Assembly (NCBI RefSeq): GCF_036365525.1
Contig: NC_090397.1
Location: 56,336,091 to 56,400,090 of the forward strand
DNA from: Heterodontus francisci
Lineage: Eukaryota
Direction: 5' to 3'
DNA: 64,000 bases
The translations under genes were made by a program, and so were the position numbers. Shown here piece by piece: positions 23,230-36,310 of this stretch (the first letter of the stretch is position 1; every line of letters begins with the position of its first letter). The notes below the pieces were generated by a model. The model saw only the letters and a program-made list of their open reading frames with translations. It did no database searches and was not told where the DNA came from.

Positions 23230-23965
23230 GTGTTGGGAGGGAGGAGGGGTGGCAGTACTGATTAGGGAAGACATTGCAGTGTTGGCAAGAGAGGATGTCC
23301 TTGAGGGGGCAATGATAGAATAAATTTGGTTAGAGTTGAGAAGCAAAAGAGGATGGCAACACTAGTGGTGGTATTCTATTGGCCTCAAAAGAGTGAAAGG
23401 AGCAAATTTGCAGGGAATCACAAAGATATGCAAGTACTATACAATGGGGACTTAATTATCCAAATATTGATTGGGATACTATGGCAGTGAAGGGAAAGGA
23501 GGGAGAGGAATTTCTGAACTGTGTTCAGGAGAACTTCCTTGACCAGTGTGTTCTTGGTCCAACTAGGAAAGAGACATTGCTGGATCTGGTGCTGGGGAAT
23601 GAGGTGGGTCAAGTGGACCAAATGTCTACGGGAGAACATTTGGGGAAGAATGATCATCATATCATAAGGTTTAGATTCGTAAAGGAGAGGAGCAAAGAAC
23701 AACCTAAAGTGGATCTTCTAAATTGTAAGAGGGCTAACTTCAGTTGAATGAGAGAGGATTTAGCCAGGGTAAAATGGAACAAAAGGTTGACAGGATAATC
23801 TGTAACGGAACAAAGGATGATCTTTAAGGAAGAGATATTTCAGGTAAAGGCTATATACATTCCAACAAAAGGGAAAAATAGGGGAACCAAAGCCAGGGCT
23901 CCTTGGTGATAAGGGCGATAGAGAATAAGATGAAACAAAAGAAAGAGGGTTTATGTTGCATGTCA
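23230..23965 (+). mobile_element. CR1 ORF2 endonuclease fragment
   Basis: MGD.NYPNIDW, EFLNCVQENFLDQCV..PTR..LLDLVL, HLGKNDH. Confidence 0.85.
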
Positions 23966-23999
23966 AGTGGGTAGTAAGAGGGGGTGGGGCCTATTCATT

Positions 24000-26900
24000 A
24001 AATCATAGAACAATTACAGCACAGAAGGAAGCCATTTGGCCCATCACATCTGTGCTGGCTCTCTGCAAGAGCAACTCACCTTGTCCTACTCCCCTGTCTT
24101 TTCCCCATAGCCCTCCAATTTTTTTCTCTTCAGATAATTATCCAGTTCGCTTTTGAAGGCCTCTAATGAATCTGCCTTCACCACACTCTCAGGCAGTGCA
24201 TTCCAGATCTTAAGCACTCACTGCGTTAAAAGGTGTTTTTCCTCACATCACTGTTGCTTCATTTGCCAATCACCTTAAATCGGTGCCCTCTGGTTCTCAA
24301 TCCTTCCACCAATGAGAACAGTTTCTTCTTATCTACTTTGTCCAGACCTCACATGATTTTGAACACCTCTATCAAATCTCCTCTTAATCATCTCTTCTCC
24401 AAGGTGATACAACCACATGGTGTGACATGGGTAGTTCCCACTGTTCAGCTCCCCACATGACTGCAGTAAGTGTGTTTGTATTAAGAGTTTAGCTCCTTGG
24501 TGTTTTATTTTTCAAATAACCAGACAGTGACAGGTTTTCTTGTAGGTTTTAAAAACAGAAAGTCAACTGTTTATTGATCAATTCATCTTATGCCAAAATT
24601 GTCACAACCGCATTCGCTTGCGCACACACACAGAAGAAGAAACAGATAGAGAATGGAAAAAGGAAGGGTTTTTTTGGGGGGTGGGGGGAGAAAGGTTACG
24701 ATAAACCTGTTGAATTCTCTGAGACGCAAGTTCGAGATGGTTGCAGGCCTGAAATGATTGTAGATTTCTCTCTTGATTGAAGGTTTTGTTGAAGATGATG
24801 GGTCACTTCCAGCTCTCTTTGCTGTATAATGTAGATGTCGGATTTTTTCCAGCAGGGTACGTACTTCCTGGCTTGCTGGAATGCCAGCTGTTACATGTAG
24901 CTTCACCTTCTGGGTCAGTCTCTCTCTCTGGCTGCCCTTATTTTAAGGTAAAACTATGTCACCTTTCACCTCCTGTTAGGAGACACTCAGGTGTCTTTCC
25001 AATTGTGATCACACAATGACCCAGGACATGGCTACTTCACACCTTTGTTTCAGAAGAAGACATTCAATTCTGGAATGTTTTTAGAATAGGTGTAAGATGG
25101 GTTTCATTAATACCTTTTTGGCTTTGAAGATTTGTCCTTTCTCTTTGTCAGACTGTTTGAATACACAAAAGGCTAATCCTTTTTTCTCCAGTGGCCGTTT
25201 TGGACCATTGTTCACTTTTTAAAATAAAGGTTCCCCATTGTTTAAAGACAAAGTCCATTTTTTTCATAACTCTTCAGATTTAGTCTGTGAATGCTGTATA
25301 TCACACTTTCAATGTGCTTGACAATGGAGAACAGACCCAACTTCTCCAACCTATCCACGTAACTGAAGTTCCTCATCCCTGGAACCATTCTCGTGAATCT
25401 TTTCTTCACTCTCTCTAATGCATTCACATCCTTCCTAAATTGTGGTGCCCAGAACTGGACGCAATAATCCAGTTGAGGCCGAACCAATGTTTTATACATG
25501 TTTATTATAACGTCCTTGTTTTTGTACTCTATGCTCCTATATATAAAGCCCAGGATTCTGTATGCTTTATTAACTGCTTTCTCAACCTCCCATGCAACCT
25601 TCAATGATTAGTGTGCATATAGTCCCAGGTCCCTCTGCTCTTGTACCCACTTTAGAATTGTCTCCTTTATTTTATATTGCCTCTCCTCATTCTTCAAACA
25701 AAATGAATCACTTCACACTTCCCTACATTAAATTTGATCTGCCACTTGTCCACCCATTCCACCAGCCTGTCTATATCCTCTTGAAGTTTATTACTATCCT
25801 CCTCACAGTTCACAATTCTTCCACTTTTTGTGTCGTCTGCAAATTTTGAAATTGTGCCCTGTACACCCAAATTTAGATCATTACTATATTAGGAAAAGCA
25901 GGGTCCTAACAACGACCCCTGGGGAACCCCACTTTTATCTTTCTCCAGTCTGAAAAACAACTGTTCACCACTACTCTCTGTTTCCTGTTACTCAGCCAAA
26001 TTCGTATCCATGCTGCTACTGTCCCTTTCATTCTATGGGTTCTAACATTGCAGACAAGCCTGTCATGTGGCACTTTATCAAATGCCTTTTGGAAATCCAT
26101 GTACACCACATCAATCGCATTACCCTCATCAACCCTCTCTGTTACCGCATCAAAAAACTCAAGCAAATTACTTAAACACAATTTGCCCTTACCAAATCTG
26201 TGCTGGCTTTCCTTAATTAATCCACTTTTGTCCATGTGACTGTTAATTTTGTCCCAAATTATTGTTTCTAAAAGCTTTCCCACCCAGGCTAAACTGACTG
26301 GCCTATAGTTGCTGAGTTCATCCTTAAGCCTTTCCTTGAACAAGAAAGTAATATTTGCAATTCTCCCAGTCCTCTGTCACCACCCCTGTATTTAAGGATG
26401 TTTGGAAGATTATGGTTAATGCCTTCACAATTTCCATGCTTCCCTCAGTATGCTTGGATGCATCTCATTCGGTCTTGGTGACTTAACAACTTTAAGTACA
26501 GCCAATCTTATCTGATATCTCCACTATCAAGTTTGAGCCCATCCAGTATCTCAACTACCTCCTCTTTCACTATGACTTGGGCAGCATCTTCTTCCTTGGT
26601 AAAGACAGATGCACAGTACTCATTTAGTACTTCAGCCATACCCGCTGCCTCCATTTGTAAATCCCCTTTTAGATCCCTAATTGGCCCCACTCCTCCTTTT
26701 ACCATTCTTTTACTATTTATATGCCTACAAAAGACTTTTGGATATCCTTTTATGTTAGTTGCCAGTATCTTCTCATATTGTCTCTTTGCTTCCATCTCTC
26801 AACCTTCTATATTCAGTCAATATTATCAACTTGACATCTGTCATATGCACCCTTTATCTGCTTCATCTTTCGCTCTATCTGTTTCACCATCCAGGGAGCT

Positions 26901-27090
26901 CTGGATTTGTTTCCTCGTGGGAATGTACCTTGCAGCCCATTGTTCCATTGCAGTTTTGCCGGCTAATCTTTGATTCCAATTTACCTGCACCAGATCGTTC
27001 TCACCCCATTGAAGTTGGCCTTCCTCCAATTAATTATTTTACCCTGGATTGCTCCTTGTCCTTTTCCATAGCCAACCTAAACCTTATGAT
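24000..27090 (-). mobile_element. CR1 ORF2 fragment interrupted by a solo LTR
   Basis: NYRPVSL, DVVYMDFQKAFDKVPH, VRPQLDYCVQFW; CR1 3' tail at ~24000. Confidence 0.9.
24405..25323 (-). mobile_element. Solo LTR
   Basis: tgatac...ttgaca with TSD aagg/atgg; CR1 sequence resumes across it; strand tentative. Confidence 0.7.
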
Positions 27091-27460
27091 ACTAGAAGCT
27101 TTATTTTCATGGGTTGAGTGTCGCTGGCAAGGTGAGCATTTGTTGCCCATCCATAATTGCTGCTACTGTGCACCATTGGTGGAGGAACTGCATGTTATTT
27201 AAGTATAAGATAGTCGCAAAAGGGAATTCTGCAGAATGTTCTTTGCTCAGGGAGTGGTGAGAATGTGGAACTTGCGACCACAGGGTGTAGCTGAGGCAAA
27301 TAGCATACATACATTTAAGGGGAAGCTGGACAAATACATGAGGGCGAAAAGAATAGGAGGACATGCCCATAGAGTTGGATGAAGAAGGGTAGGAGAAAGT
27401 TCCTGTGGAGCATGAACATGAGCATGTACCAGTTGGGATGAATGGTCTGTTTCTGTAATC

Positions 27461-28563
27461 AAAGTGACTCCTGACAATGCAGCGGCCCACTGACGTCATC
27501 AGAGAGCTCCAAGCTGTGCACATGCGCCAACGGTCTCCTGCACTCTGAGATGCTGCACATGTGCAGCCTACGTCTTGCCTTGCTGGGACTAACTGGCACA
27601 TGTGCAGGAAATTGCTCGCCAGTTCCTCGGCCACTCACTCCAAGCTGTTCACCACCTCCCTCATCCCTCCAGACTGCGGCGCTTCCATCCTCTTAGCCTC
27701 TCGCACCAACATTCGTCACTGCACCGCCTGAAGAAGCAAGGCAGGCCGCGAGGGGTGATGAGGCAATGTAGGAGCAAGTAGCCGAGAGGAGGGAAGCGGC
27801 GTGGCCTACAGCTAGTGTCTGGAGGGATGGGGTTAGGGGGCTTGTGGAGTGGGGGGGGGGAGGAGAGAGCGGGATGGTGGGGTAGGAGGGAGCGGGATGG
27901 CGTGGTAGAAGAGAGCGGGATGAGGGGGGAGAAGTGAGCGGCCAGAGAGTGGGATGGGGTGGGGGAGGAGTGAGCGGCTGGAGATCGTGATGGGGGGGTG
28001 AGGGGAGAGTAAGCGGCCAGAGAGCGGGATTGGGCGGGTGGGGAGTGAGCAGCCAGAGAGCAGGATGGGGATGGGGGTGGTGGGGGGTGAGTGGGGAGTG
28101 AGCGGCCAGAGAGCGGGATGGCACTGAAACCTTACTGAATTACGGACGGTGTGCAGCACTGTCAGATGTCCTGTCCTTCTGATGAGGCTTTAAACAGCGC
28201 AACATTCTCCGAGTGTCAAATAAAATATGTCCATTGTGTGCTGCCATATTTGCTTATGAAAGGACAATCACTGCTCCTAAAGTAATTCACTTTCGGTGAA
28301 TTAAGATGACTAGGTACTATATAATAGGCGCATGTGCAGGAGGGAACGGGGGCTGTTGGGGGTGGGATGGAGGTGGCGATGGTAACCTTTGATGGGATTT
28401 TTGCGTGGAAGCTATTTTCCTGTGATAAATTGAGAAGTACCATCTTTAATCCTGGCAGCTGCCTGAATGTTGCAGACAGTGACGTTTCAGTGAAACAGGC
28501 TGCATTTGCACATGTGCGAGTGCAGCGCCACCAGCGGTTGCGTTGTCAGCAAACGCAGCCAAA
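27461..28563. mobile_element. Unclassified non-autonomous element with internal G-rich tandem repeat
   Basis: Imperfect subterminal IR ctgacaatgcagcg / cggttgcgttgtcag; gagtgagcggccagagagcgggatgggg repeats at 27860-28120; right end recurs inverted at 63662-63678. Confidence 0.45.
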
Positions 28564-28960
28564 ATAAATTGAGAAAACTAGGGATCTTCATGATTGGTGC
28601 GACTCAGGTGTATTCAGAAGTAACAAAAATGCTGCCATAGGTAGTTAAATAGCAGGAAATTCAAGGCTCTTGAAGAAAAATATAAGGCTTACCCATGCAT
28701 TACCCACATCAATTGTAGTAATGATAAGAAATGTCAGAGACTGAACTTAATGCAGCCAGGCCCATTATTTACAAGTTTTTATTTTTATTTATAGTAATAA
28801 GTTCATCTTTGAATTTGATAACTGAGTTGTTTCTAGGTTGAATTTTAATAGTATCTCAGAATTTCAGGTACATTTCTTATTGAACAGAGATGATCAACCT
28901 AGCAGCGTTAAAGTTCTGCTTACGACCTCCTTCAGCTATATGGGATTCATGATGTGGCCA

Positions 28961-29305
28961 GATTAGATTAGATTAGAGATACAGCACTGAAACAGGCCCT
29001 TCGGCCCACCGAGACTGTGCCGAACATCAACCACCCATTTATACTAATCCTACACTAATCCCATATTCCTACCAAACATCCCCATCTGTCCCTATATTTC
29101 CCTACCACCTACCTATACTAGGGACAATTTATAATGGCCAATTTACCTATCAACCTGCAAGTCTTTTGGCTTGTGGGAGGAAACCGGAGCACCCGGAGAA
29201 AACCCACGCAGACACAGGGAGAACTTGCAAACTCCACACAGGCAGTACCCGGAATCGAACCCGGGTCCCTGGAGCTGTGAGGCTGCGGTGCTAACCACTG
29301 CGCCA
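28961..29305 (-). mobile_element. V-domain SINE (HE1-like)
   Basis: Same family as 14557-14861, (tctaa)n tail. Confidence 0.9.
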
Positions 29306-30002
29306 GTTGAAGTCCTTATTTTTTTGAATTGAGAGGAAGATTTCCTCTCAAAATCCAAATATATACAGTAATATATTGCATTTCTCCTATTTTGACATTT
29401 AAATTGCCAAGTCTTTTTGCTATCTTTGACTGAATTATCCTCCACATTAGGAATATCCTGCCTTCCCCCAGTGGCCATGTAGAGTGCTGAGCTGCACCAG
29501 TCATGAGGATCCTGGTCACAAAATTCAATCATGTAGCACCACTACAGAAATCCCTCTATGTTTGTAATGCGGGAGGTGCTGCTGGCAGTTCCCGGTAAGG
29601 TCAGTAGTGCATGCAGGGGATGCACCTGCCTGAAGAGCTTGAAAGGGCAAGATTATAACATCACAGATGTCAACAAGCTGATGCAATGCACAAATCGTAA
29701 AATCATCCAACAAATGTGCAGGGAATGCCTTTCTTATTCATTCCTGAAACAACTAGCATTAGCAAACCTTGTTCTGGGGCTATTTAAAGGGCCACAAGTT
29801 GCAGCTGAGATGCTTTTGTCTTACTTGTGCTCAGTCCAAGTTGGTGGAAGCACTGTGGTGAGTTGTTGGAGGAGGGTGAAGGGTTCCATTGACCACAGAA
29901 AAACTGAATTACATAGCCTTTGATAAGTATGGGGAGTAGTTGCAGTGCATAAGCAGGATAAGTAGAGGAGAAGGCAGAGAGGGGATCCTCTGAAAGAAGA
30001 GA

Positions 30003-30445
30003 GGGTCTTCCAGGAGTGTCAGTCCTCTGTTGGGATGAGCCATGAGCAGTGCCTGAGGAAACTTCACTTTACTAAGGAGGTGGCGATGGAGTTCTGTAAC
30101 TTCTGTTACAAAGATCTGGAGTATCAAACCAGCACAATACTGGCCCTTCCAGAGACTGTGAAGATCACCATTGCTCATTCCTTTTTTGCAGCTTGTTCCT
30201 TCTAGGCAACATTAGATGACATTAGCAACATCTCACAGTTCGCCATCCACCAAATATCCGGGAGGTAACAGAGGTGCTTTACAGGAAAAGAGGAGACGTC
30301 ATCCTCTTTTCCATGAGGAAGGAAAACCAGGATGAGAGGGCACGTGGGTTTGCCAGGATAATGGGCATCCCAATGATGTAGGTTGTCTTCAACTGCACAC
30401 CTGCTTCTGCGGCCCACCCCCTATATCAACAGGGAGCAATACTGT
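30003..30445 (+). pseudogene. PIF/Harbinger (HARBI1-like) transposase remnant
   Basis: RVFQE...MSHEQCLRKLHFTKE...ALPETVKITIA.SFFAACSF*...ISQFAIH..IREVT.VL and GF..I.G.P....NCTH....YINR. Confidence 0.8.
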
Positions 30446-30779
30446 AATTATAAGAGCTATCATCGCATAGATAAATCTTATTTTTACTATCTTTTACATA
30501 CTCTTCTCCTAGTCTTTATTTTATTCCTTTACTATATAGTATTTCCTAAACAGTGGACAGATAGCCGATTCACAGGCCTTTACTAATATGGCAAGGTCAC
30601 CAACTGTTGCAAGATAGGTAAGTGGTCTTTAGAACATCAACTGAATGGTAGTATTGCCTCAAGACTCCTGGATTACTAACCCTATTGTATTTCTCTGGGT
30701 AGCAAAAAGGCTTAAGGATAATTTAAACCCTTAGAATAGGTTTAAATACAGAGGAAGTATTTTTCAGTAATTAAACTGT

Positions 30780-31122
30780 GGGCGGCACAGTGGCGCAGTG
30801 GTTAGCACTGCAGCCTCACAGCTCCAGGGACCCGGGTTCAATTCTGGGTACTGCCTGTGTAGAGTTTGCAAGTTCTCCCTGTGTCTGCGTGGGTTTTCTC
30901 CGGGTGCTCAGGTTTCCTCCCACAAGCCAAAAGACTTGCAGGTTGGTAGGTAAATTGGCCATTATAAATTGTCACTAGTATAGGTAGGTGGAAGGGAAAT
31001 ATAGGGACAGGTGGGGATGTTTGGTAGGAATGTAGGATTAGTATAAATGGGTGGTTGATGGTCGGCACAGACTCGGTGGGCCGAAGGGCCTGTTTCAGTG
31101 CTGTATATCTAATCTAATCTAA
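30780..31122 (+). mobile_element. V-domain SINE (HE1-like), full length
   Basis: gggcggcacagtggcgcagtggttagcac ... gggccgaagggcctgtttcagtgctgtatatc(taatc)n. Confidence 0.92.
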
Positions 31123-32395
31123 AATACATAGATGCGATTTCAGCGATTCCACCCACCAGCACCCAGCCCCCACCCCCCCAACCCTCCGCATGCGATCTAG
31201 GCAGCGAAAGCTTTGCAGCCTGGTAACATGCTCCAAAGTGTTGTGTGTGGATCCATAGCTCATGTTAAGAACATAAAAACTTTTTTAAAATAACAGCAGG
31301 AGTAGACCATTCAGCCCCTCAAGCTTGCGCTGCCATTCAATATGATCATGGCTGATCTTCTACCTCACCTTCTCTTTCCTGCCCACTCCCCATATCCTTT
31401 GATTCCCTTAAAGATCAAAAAAATCTCAGTCTTGAATATACTCAACAGTGTAGCATCCACAACCCTCTGGGGTAGACAGTTCCAAAGAACATCCTCTGAC
31501 TCCATCTGGTGAGATGGCAGAAAGTGGTCATGAGTCATGTGTGGAGAGGTTATCCCTCATTTCCAAGAAGCCATGCCATTGTCTGTCTTAGAGATGTGAA
31601 GACAGTGGATATTGCAGGCTGTCAAAGAATGAAAGCATTCTGGGTGCTTCCAGGATAGGAGGCATTCACCTGTAGGAATTTCTGACTGGATTGCTCCACG
31701 GAGAGCTGGCATGGACTTGATGGGAAAATGACCTCCTTCTGTGCCTAATAACTCTGTGACTCTATTATAACAGTAACTTAACTGCAAATGTTTACTGGCT
31801 GTAAAGCACTTTGGGACCTCCTGAGGCTATGAATCATATACTCACACAGCAGCTAAGGAGGCTTCACATTACGTCTGTTTTGGCTCTTGGAAGAACTATC
31901 CAATTAGTCCCACTCCCCTGCTTTCCCCATAGTCCAGCAAATTTTTGCTTTTTAAATATAAATCTATTTCCCTTTTCAAAGTTGGTATTGAATCTGCTTC
32001 CACCATCCTGGATAGTGGGAAAAAATGGTGTCAGGTAGATGATCAACCATGATCTGTTTGAATGGCGGAGCCGAATGGCCTACTCCTGCTCCTATTTCCT
32101 ATGTTGTTCCTTTCAGGCAATGCATTCCAGATCATTGTAATTTACTGAGTAAAAGAAGTTGCTCCTCATCTCCACCCACCGCCCCATTGCTTTTACCAAT
32201 TACCTTAAGATCTGTGACCTCTGCTTACCAATGACCTACTAGTGGAAAAGGTTTTTCCCAATCCACTCTATCAAAACCCCTCATCATGTTGAATATTGTT
32301 ATTAAATCTCTCCTTAACCGTCTTTGCTCTTAAAAGGACAATCCCAGTTTCTCCAGTCTCTCCTGTCTCTCCACATAACAATTCTCTCATCCCTG

Positions 32396-32500
32396 GTAGT
32401 AGTAATAGCAATCTGCCACGGACAGGTCCTCTGCTCATTTCTCCAAGCCTCATGGTCCTGTGCTTTCCTCTTCAGTTGCTCGTAAGAGCTTCCCATTTTT
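32396..32500 (-). mobile_element. RTE-type LINE 3' end inserted in a CR1 fragment
   Basis: SSYEQLKRKAQDHEAWR....TCPW followed by a (tac/tat)n-like tail. Confidence 0.55.
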
Positions 32501-33279
32501 TAACTTCTATGAGAAATGAGCAATATGACTAGGGAAAAGTTTTTCAAACTAGTTGATAATGTTGAATGTTTTATGGGCTTCCACCTTTTTAATAACACAT
32601 CTGAGCTGATAAAACATATCATTATCAAAATGTGCAGGAAAAATTCATCAGTCTGAAAATTGAAGCTGGTGGAGGATCTCATGTTGTGGTAAATGATGTG
32701 ATGTGTTTTGTAGGATATGATGACCTTATTAAAACTATCTTCTTGTAACTTTCCACTTGAGCTCTGTTTATACATTACTGCAGATCAGTAACTGGCTAAT
32801 TGGGTGAATGCTGTTCCTGCTAGTGTTGTTGTGGTCACGTACATTTAAACAAGTGTTCCTATGGCTTGTATGAGCTATATTAAGACCTTGTTAACCTCAG
32901 GTTAAAGGATTTCCTGTATTAAAACATCTGTTATATGTCAACTGTTGCAGACCAAGGTGACAAAAATATTCCCTGATGTGCTTCCAATTTTAGTACAAGC
33001 CTGTTTAGCAAAATCTGAACATTTCCATGAGATAATTGTGAAGCCATGTTCCCTCTGCTTGTTTAAGACACAAGGTGTTTGTGAGGTCTGCTAAAGAAGC
33101 AGGGAAAGATTGGAGATACGAGGAACAGGAGAAGACCATTTGGCTCACTTATCTTTCCTCACTATAGCTGATTACAACTTTACCTTCTCACCAATTCCTT
33201 AATCTCTTTCTCAAAAAACAATTTAGTTATCTCATGAACACACTAAAGCTATTTTCTTCAATTGCCTGTAAAAGAACTA

Positions 33280-33700
33280 AAGAACTTGCATGTATATAGC
33301 GTCTTTCAGAATTTCAGGATGTCCCAAAGTGATTCACAGCCAATTAAATACCTTTGTAATTGCTTTTGTAATGGAGGACAATGCAGCAGTCAATTTAAGT
33401 AAGGCACAAACAGGATTGTGATAAATCTCCAGATAATCTGTTTTAATGATGTTAGTCAAAGGATTAATGTTGGCCAGGATACTGGGAGAACTTCCCTGCT
33501 TTTCTTTGAATAGTTCCATGGAATCTTTTATATCCATGATCTATAATTCTGTGATCCAACTGATTGGACCTCAGTTTAATGTCATCTGAAAATCACCACC
33601 ACCCTTCCTCATTACTCCACTGAAATGTCAGCCTAGATTATGTGCTCATCTCTGGGGCAGTGCTTCAACCCACAACCTTCTGGACCACATAGCAAAATGC
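33280..33700 (-). mobile_element. Deu-domain SINE (SacSINE1/AmnSINE-like) with L2-type tail
   Basis: Minus-strand ggttgtgggttgaagc B-box, gagcacataatctaggctgac, ttcagatgacattaaactgagg Deu core; tail matches the L2 3' end at ~4575. Confidence 0.75.
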
Positions 33701-34074
33701 TACCAATAAGAAAAGGCTAACACCATAACATATTCAACAACAACAAATTGAGCTAAAAATTCATCTACGCCATTAATTGGGTGCAAGGGTCACAATTCGT
33801 AACCTGCCCATGCCAGTTCTCTTGGAGGTAGACAGCACTCAAACTTTGGCTGCTTCCTCATTTCCATGATTTCTACATGCAGCCCTACATGATCCATGCT
33901 GCTGGCTGGCTGGCTGCATAATAGGGGGCATGTGAGGCTAGCACGTGTTCCACCTAGCCTCCAGCTCTAAAGCCAGTCTGATCCTCTTAAAGGGAAGCTG
34001 CACTGTAACACTCGTCTGATAACAACTGAAGCAGAAAAATTCAAGTTGAAGGAACTCAGGGTACCGGCCCATTG

Positions 34075-34310
34075 AGAGGATTCCAAGATTCACCCCTGCA
34101 GCTCTGGAGGCACTCGTGACAGAGATGGATAGAAGGAGAGAGGCCACGTTTCCTCAGTGGGAGGTGTGGGGCACAGGAAGCACTCATGGCATTTCCTCAG
34201 AAGGGAGTGGGAGCAGGTGGCTAGGATAGTCAATGCCCAGAGTCTGGACCCAAGAACCTGGCAGCAGTGCAGAAAGAAATTTACTGATTTCACATGTATG
34301 GTCAAGGTCA
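34075..34310 (+). pseudogene. Harbinger accessory Myb/SANT-like gene remnant
   Basis: RIPRFTPAALEALVTEMDRRRE...EWEQVARIVNAQSLDPRTWQQCRKKFTDF. Confidence 0.75.
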
Positions 34311-35629
34311 GCGAATGTATCTTCAAATCACATCTCATACCCACCAAACCACCAGCTTCTCTCACTGACCAATGCACTGCACCCTAATCACTCACCCAGC
34401 AGGACTCAGTGGCACTCAGGACTCACACCTAATATTCACCTACTCCACCTCACTCACACACACCTTCCAATGATTCTGACATGATGCCCACCTCTTGCCG
34501 CCTCCACAGACCTGCAGCTATTCAACTCTGGCAAGCACATAACCCAGACACAGTGCCATACAATCATTGACATTCCTCTGGCTGGAGAATCTAGAATCAG
34601 GAGGCATAGTCTCAGGATAAGGGAACAGCCATTTCAGATTGAAACGAGGAGAAATTTCTTCACTCAGAGGCTTGTGAATCTATGAAATTCTCTATCCCAT
34701 TGGGCTGCAGATGCTCAGTCATTGAGTATTTTACAGCCTGAGATCAATAGATTTTTATACTCGAAAGGAATCAAAGGATATGGGGCTCAGGCGAGAAAGT
34801 GGAGTTGAGACCAAGGATCAGCCATGATCTTATTAAATGGTGGAGCAGGATTGAGGGGGCTCCTGCTCCTATATCTAATTTTCTTATGCTCTTATATAAG
34901 CTCCATGGAGACAGAGTGTTCTCTCCGTGGGTGTATTCTCACAATTCCCTGCACCGTTAATCCATTAGTAATTGAGTTGGGCTCCTCCATCCTTTCTTCT
35001 TTTGTGCGCTCCCCAAAAGAATGAGATTCTCTGAGGTTCTCATGGGTATCCTGCAACACTTGTTATATGCATGATGGCTCCAGAAAACGAAAGCACGGGT
35101 TACATCACAATCTTGATAATCACCATACTCAGTTTTCTCATAGTTCAATCATTGATGAAATGAAGTCAGCATTTGTGTGTCAAACATATTTTTCACCTGT
35201 CACTGGCAATCTGTAAGATCCCTGTCCTTCCATATACGACTGCGAGGGATACAGATATGCCACTTTATCTCCAGGGCATCCTCCTCGGTATCTGTGAGGT
35301 GTATTGTTTGTGGTGGCGCACCTCCAATCTTTTCCATCTTCCTTGTGTTTTGAGCTCTCTTCTATAGAGGCTGAAGCAACAGGCCAGAAAACCCGATGGT
35401 TGCAGTGCATTTGGTGAGGATGCGTAACATGCATCACAGTGCAAGATGATTGTCATGAGTGTCAACAGTGCATTGATAAATGGAGAGGTGATGAAGTACA
35501 TAAAAAGTTACGGTTGTATGCTGAATAGATGTGAGAAGTGATGCAATGGAAAACACTTAGCAATACAGAGTGAAAAATAGGGTGTGGGTTTGGGTAGGTG
35601 CTTTTAAAGCACAAGATGTAGTTGATTCA

Positions 35630-36310
35630 GCAAATGTACTTTTCCTGAGCTGGTTAGGTCGTTAAACCACTTTCTACATTACATCCATAATGTGGGCACA
35701 ATGTTCCTGCTGCTCACCTCCCTCCAATTTTTAAAAATTCTTTGTTCTTTCATGGAATGTGGGTGTCACTGGCAAGGCCAGCATTTGTTGCCCATCCCTA
35801 ATTGCGCTTGACAACTGAGTGGCTTGCTAGGCCACTTCAGAGGGCAGTTAAGAGTCACCCACATTGCTGTGTGTCAGGAGTCACACATAGGCCAGACCAG
35901 GTAAGGACAGTAGATTTCCTTCCTTAAAGGACATTAGTGAACCAGATGGGCTTTTACATCAATTTCATGACACTATTACTGAGACTAGATTTCAATTCCA
36001 GATGTTTAATTAATTGAATTTATTAATTGAATTTAAATTCCACCAGCTACTGTGGTAGGATTTGAACCTGTGTCCCCAGGACATTAGCCTGGGCCTCTGG
36101 ATTACTAGCTCAGTGACATAACCACTACACCACCATCTCCCCTATATCACAACTTCTTGGTAAGAGCAGCAGGTTTTTTCCGCCTATTGCTGGGGAAAAG
36201 TACATCCCTCCTCCTCTTCCACCTCCTGACTTCATACAGCAGCCATTCCACCGACGCATCATTAAATCTGGGTATTGCCCTTGCTCTGTGTCCACCTTCC
36301 ATCATGAACA
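35630..36310 (-). pseudogene. Second Myb/SANT-like Harbinger remnant, split by a SINE
   Basis: ARAIPRFNDASVEWLLYEV...RRDVLFP (36150-36310) and EVSSRNIVPTLWM*CRK (35630-35725). Confidence 0.65.
35735..36141 (-). mobile_element. tRNA-derived SINE family 2 (tail shared with the Zenon-like LINE)
   Basis: Head gggagatggtgtggtagtgg..ggttcaaatcc; body ctaatgtcctttaaggaaggaaatct; tail caattagggatgggcaacaaatgctggccttgccag. Confidence 0.85.

Noticed and set aside
27693-28159. Proline-rich 143/108 aa ORFs
   Set aside because: Low-complexity G-tract repeat read on the C-rich strand
28165-28200. CTGATGAG as a hammerhead core
   Set aside because: No downstream GAAA or stems; matches a degraded Deu-domain SINE segment
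28522-28540. CTCF-like CAGCGCCACCAGCGG
   Set aside because: Three mismatches to the core consensus and inside a repeat
30780-30850. tRNA-like sequence (also at 14800, 29250, 38140, 43190, 57054)
   Set aside because: These are SINE heads continuing into SINE bodies, not tRNA genes
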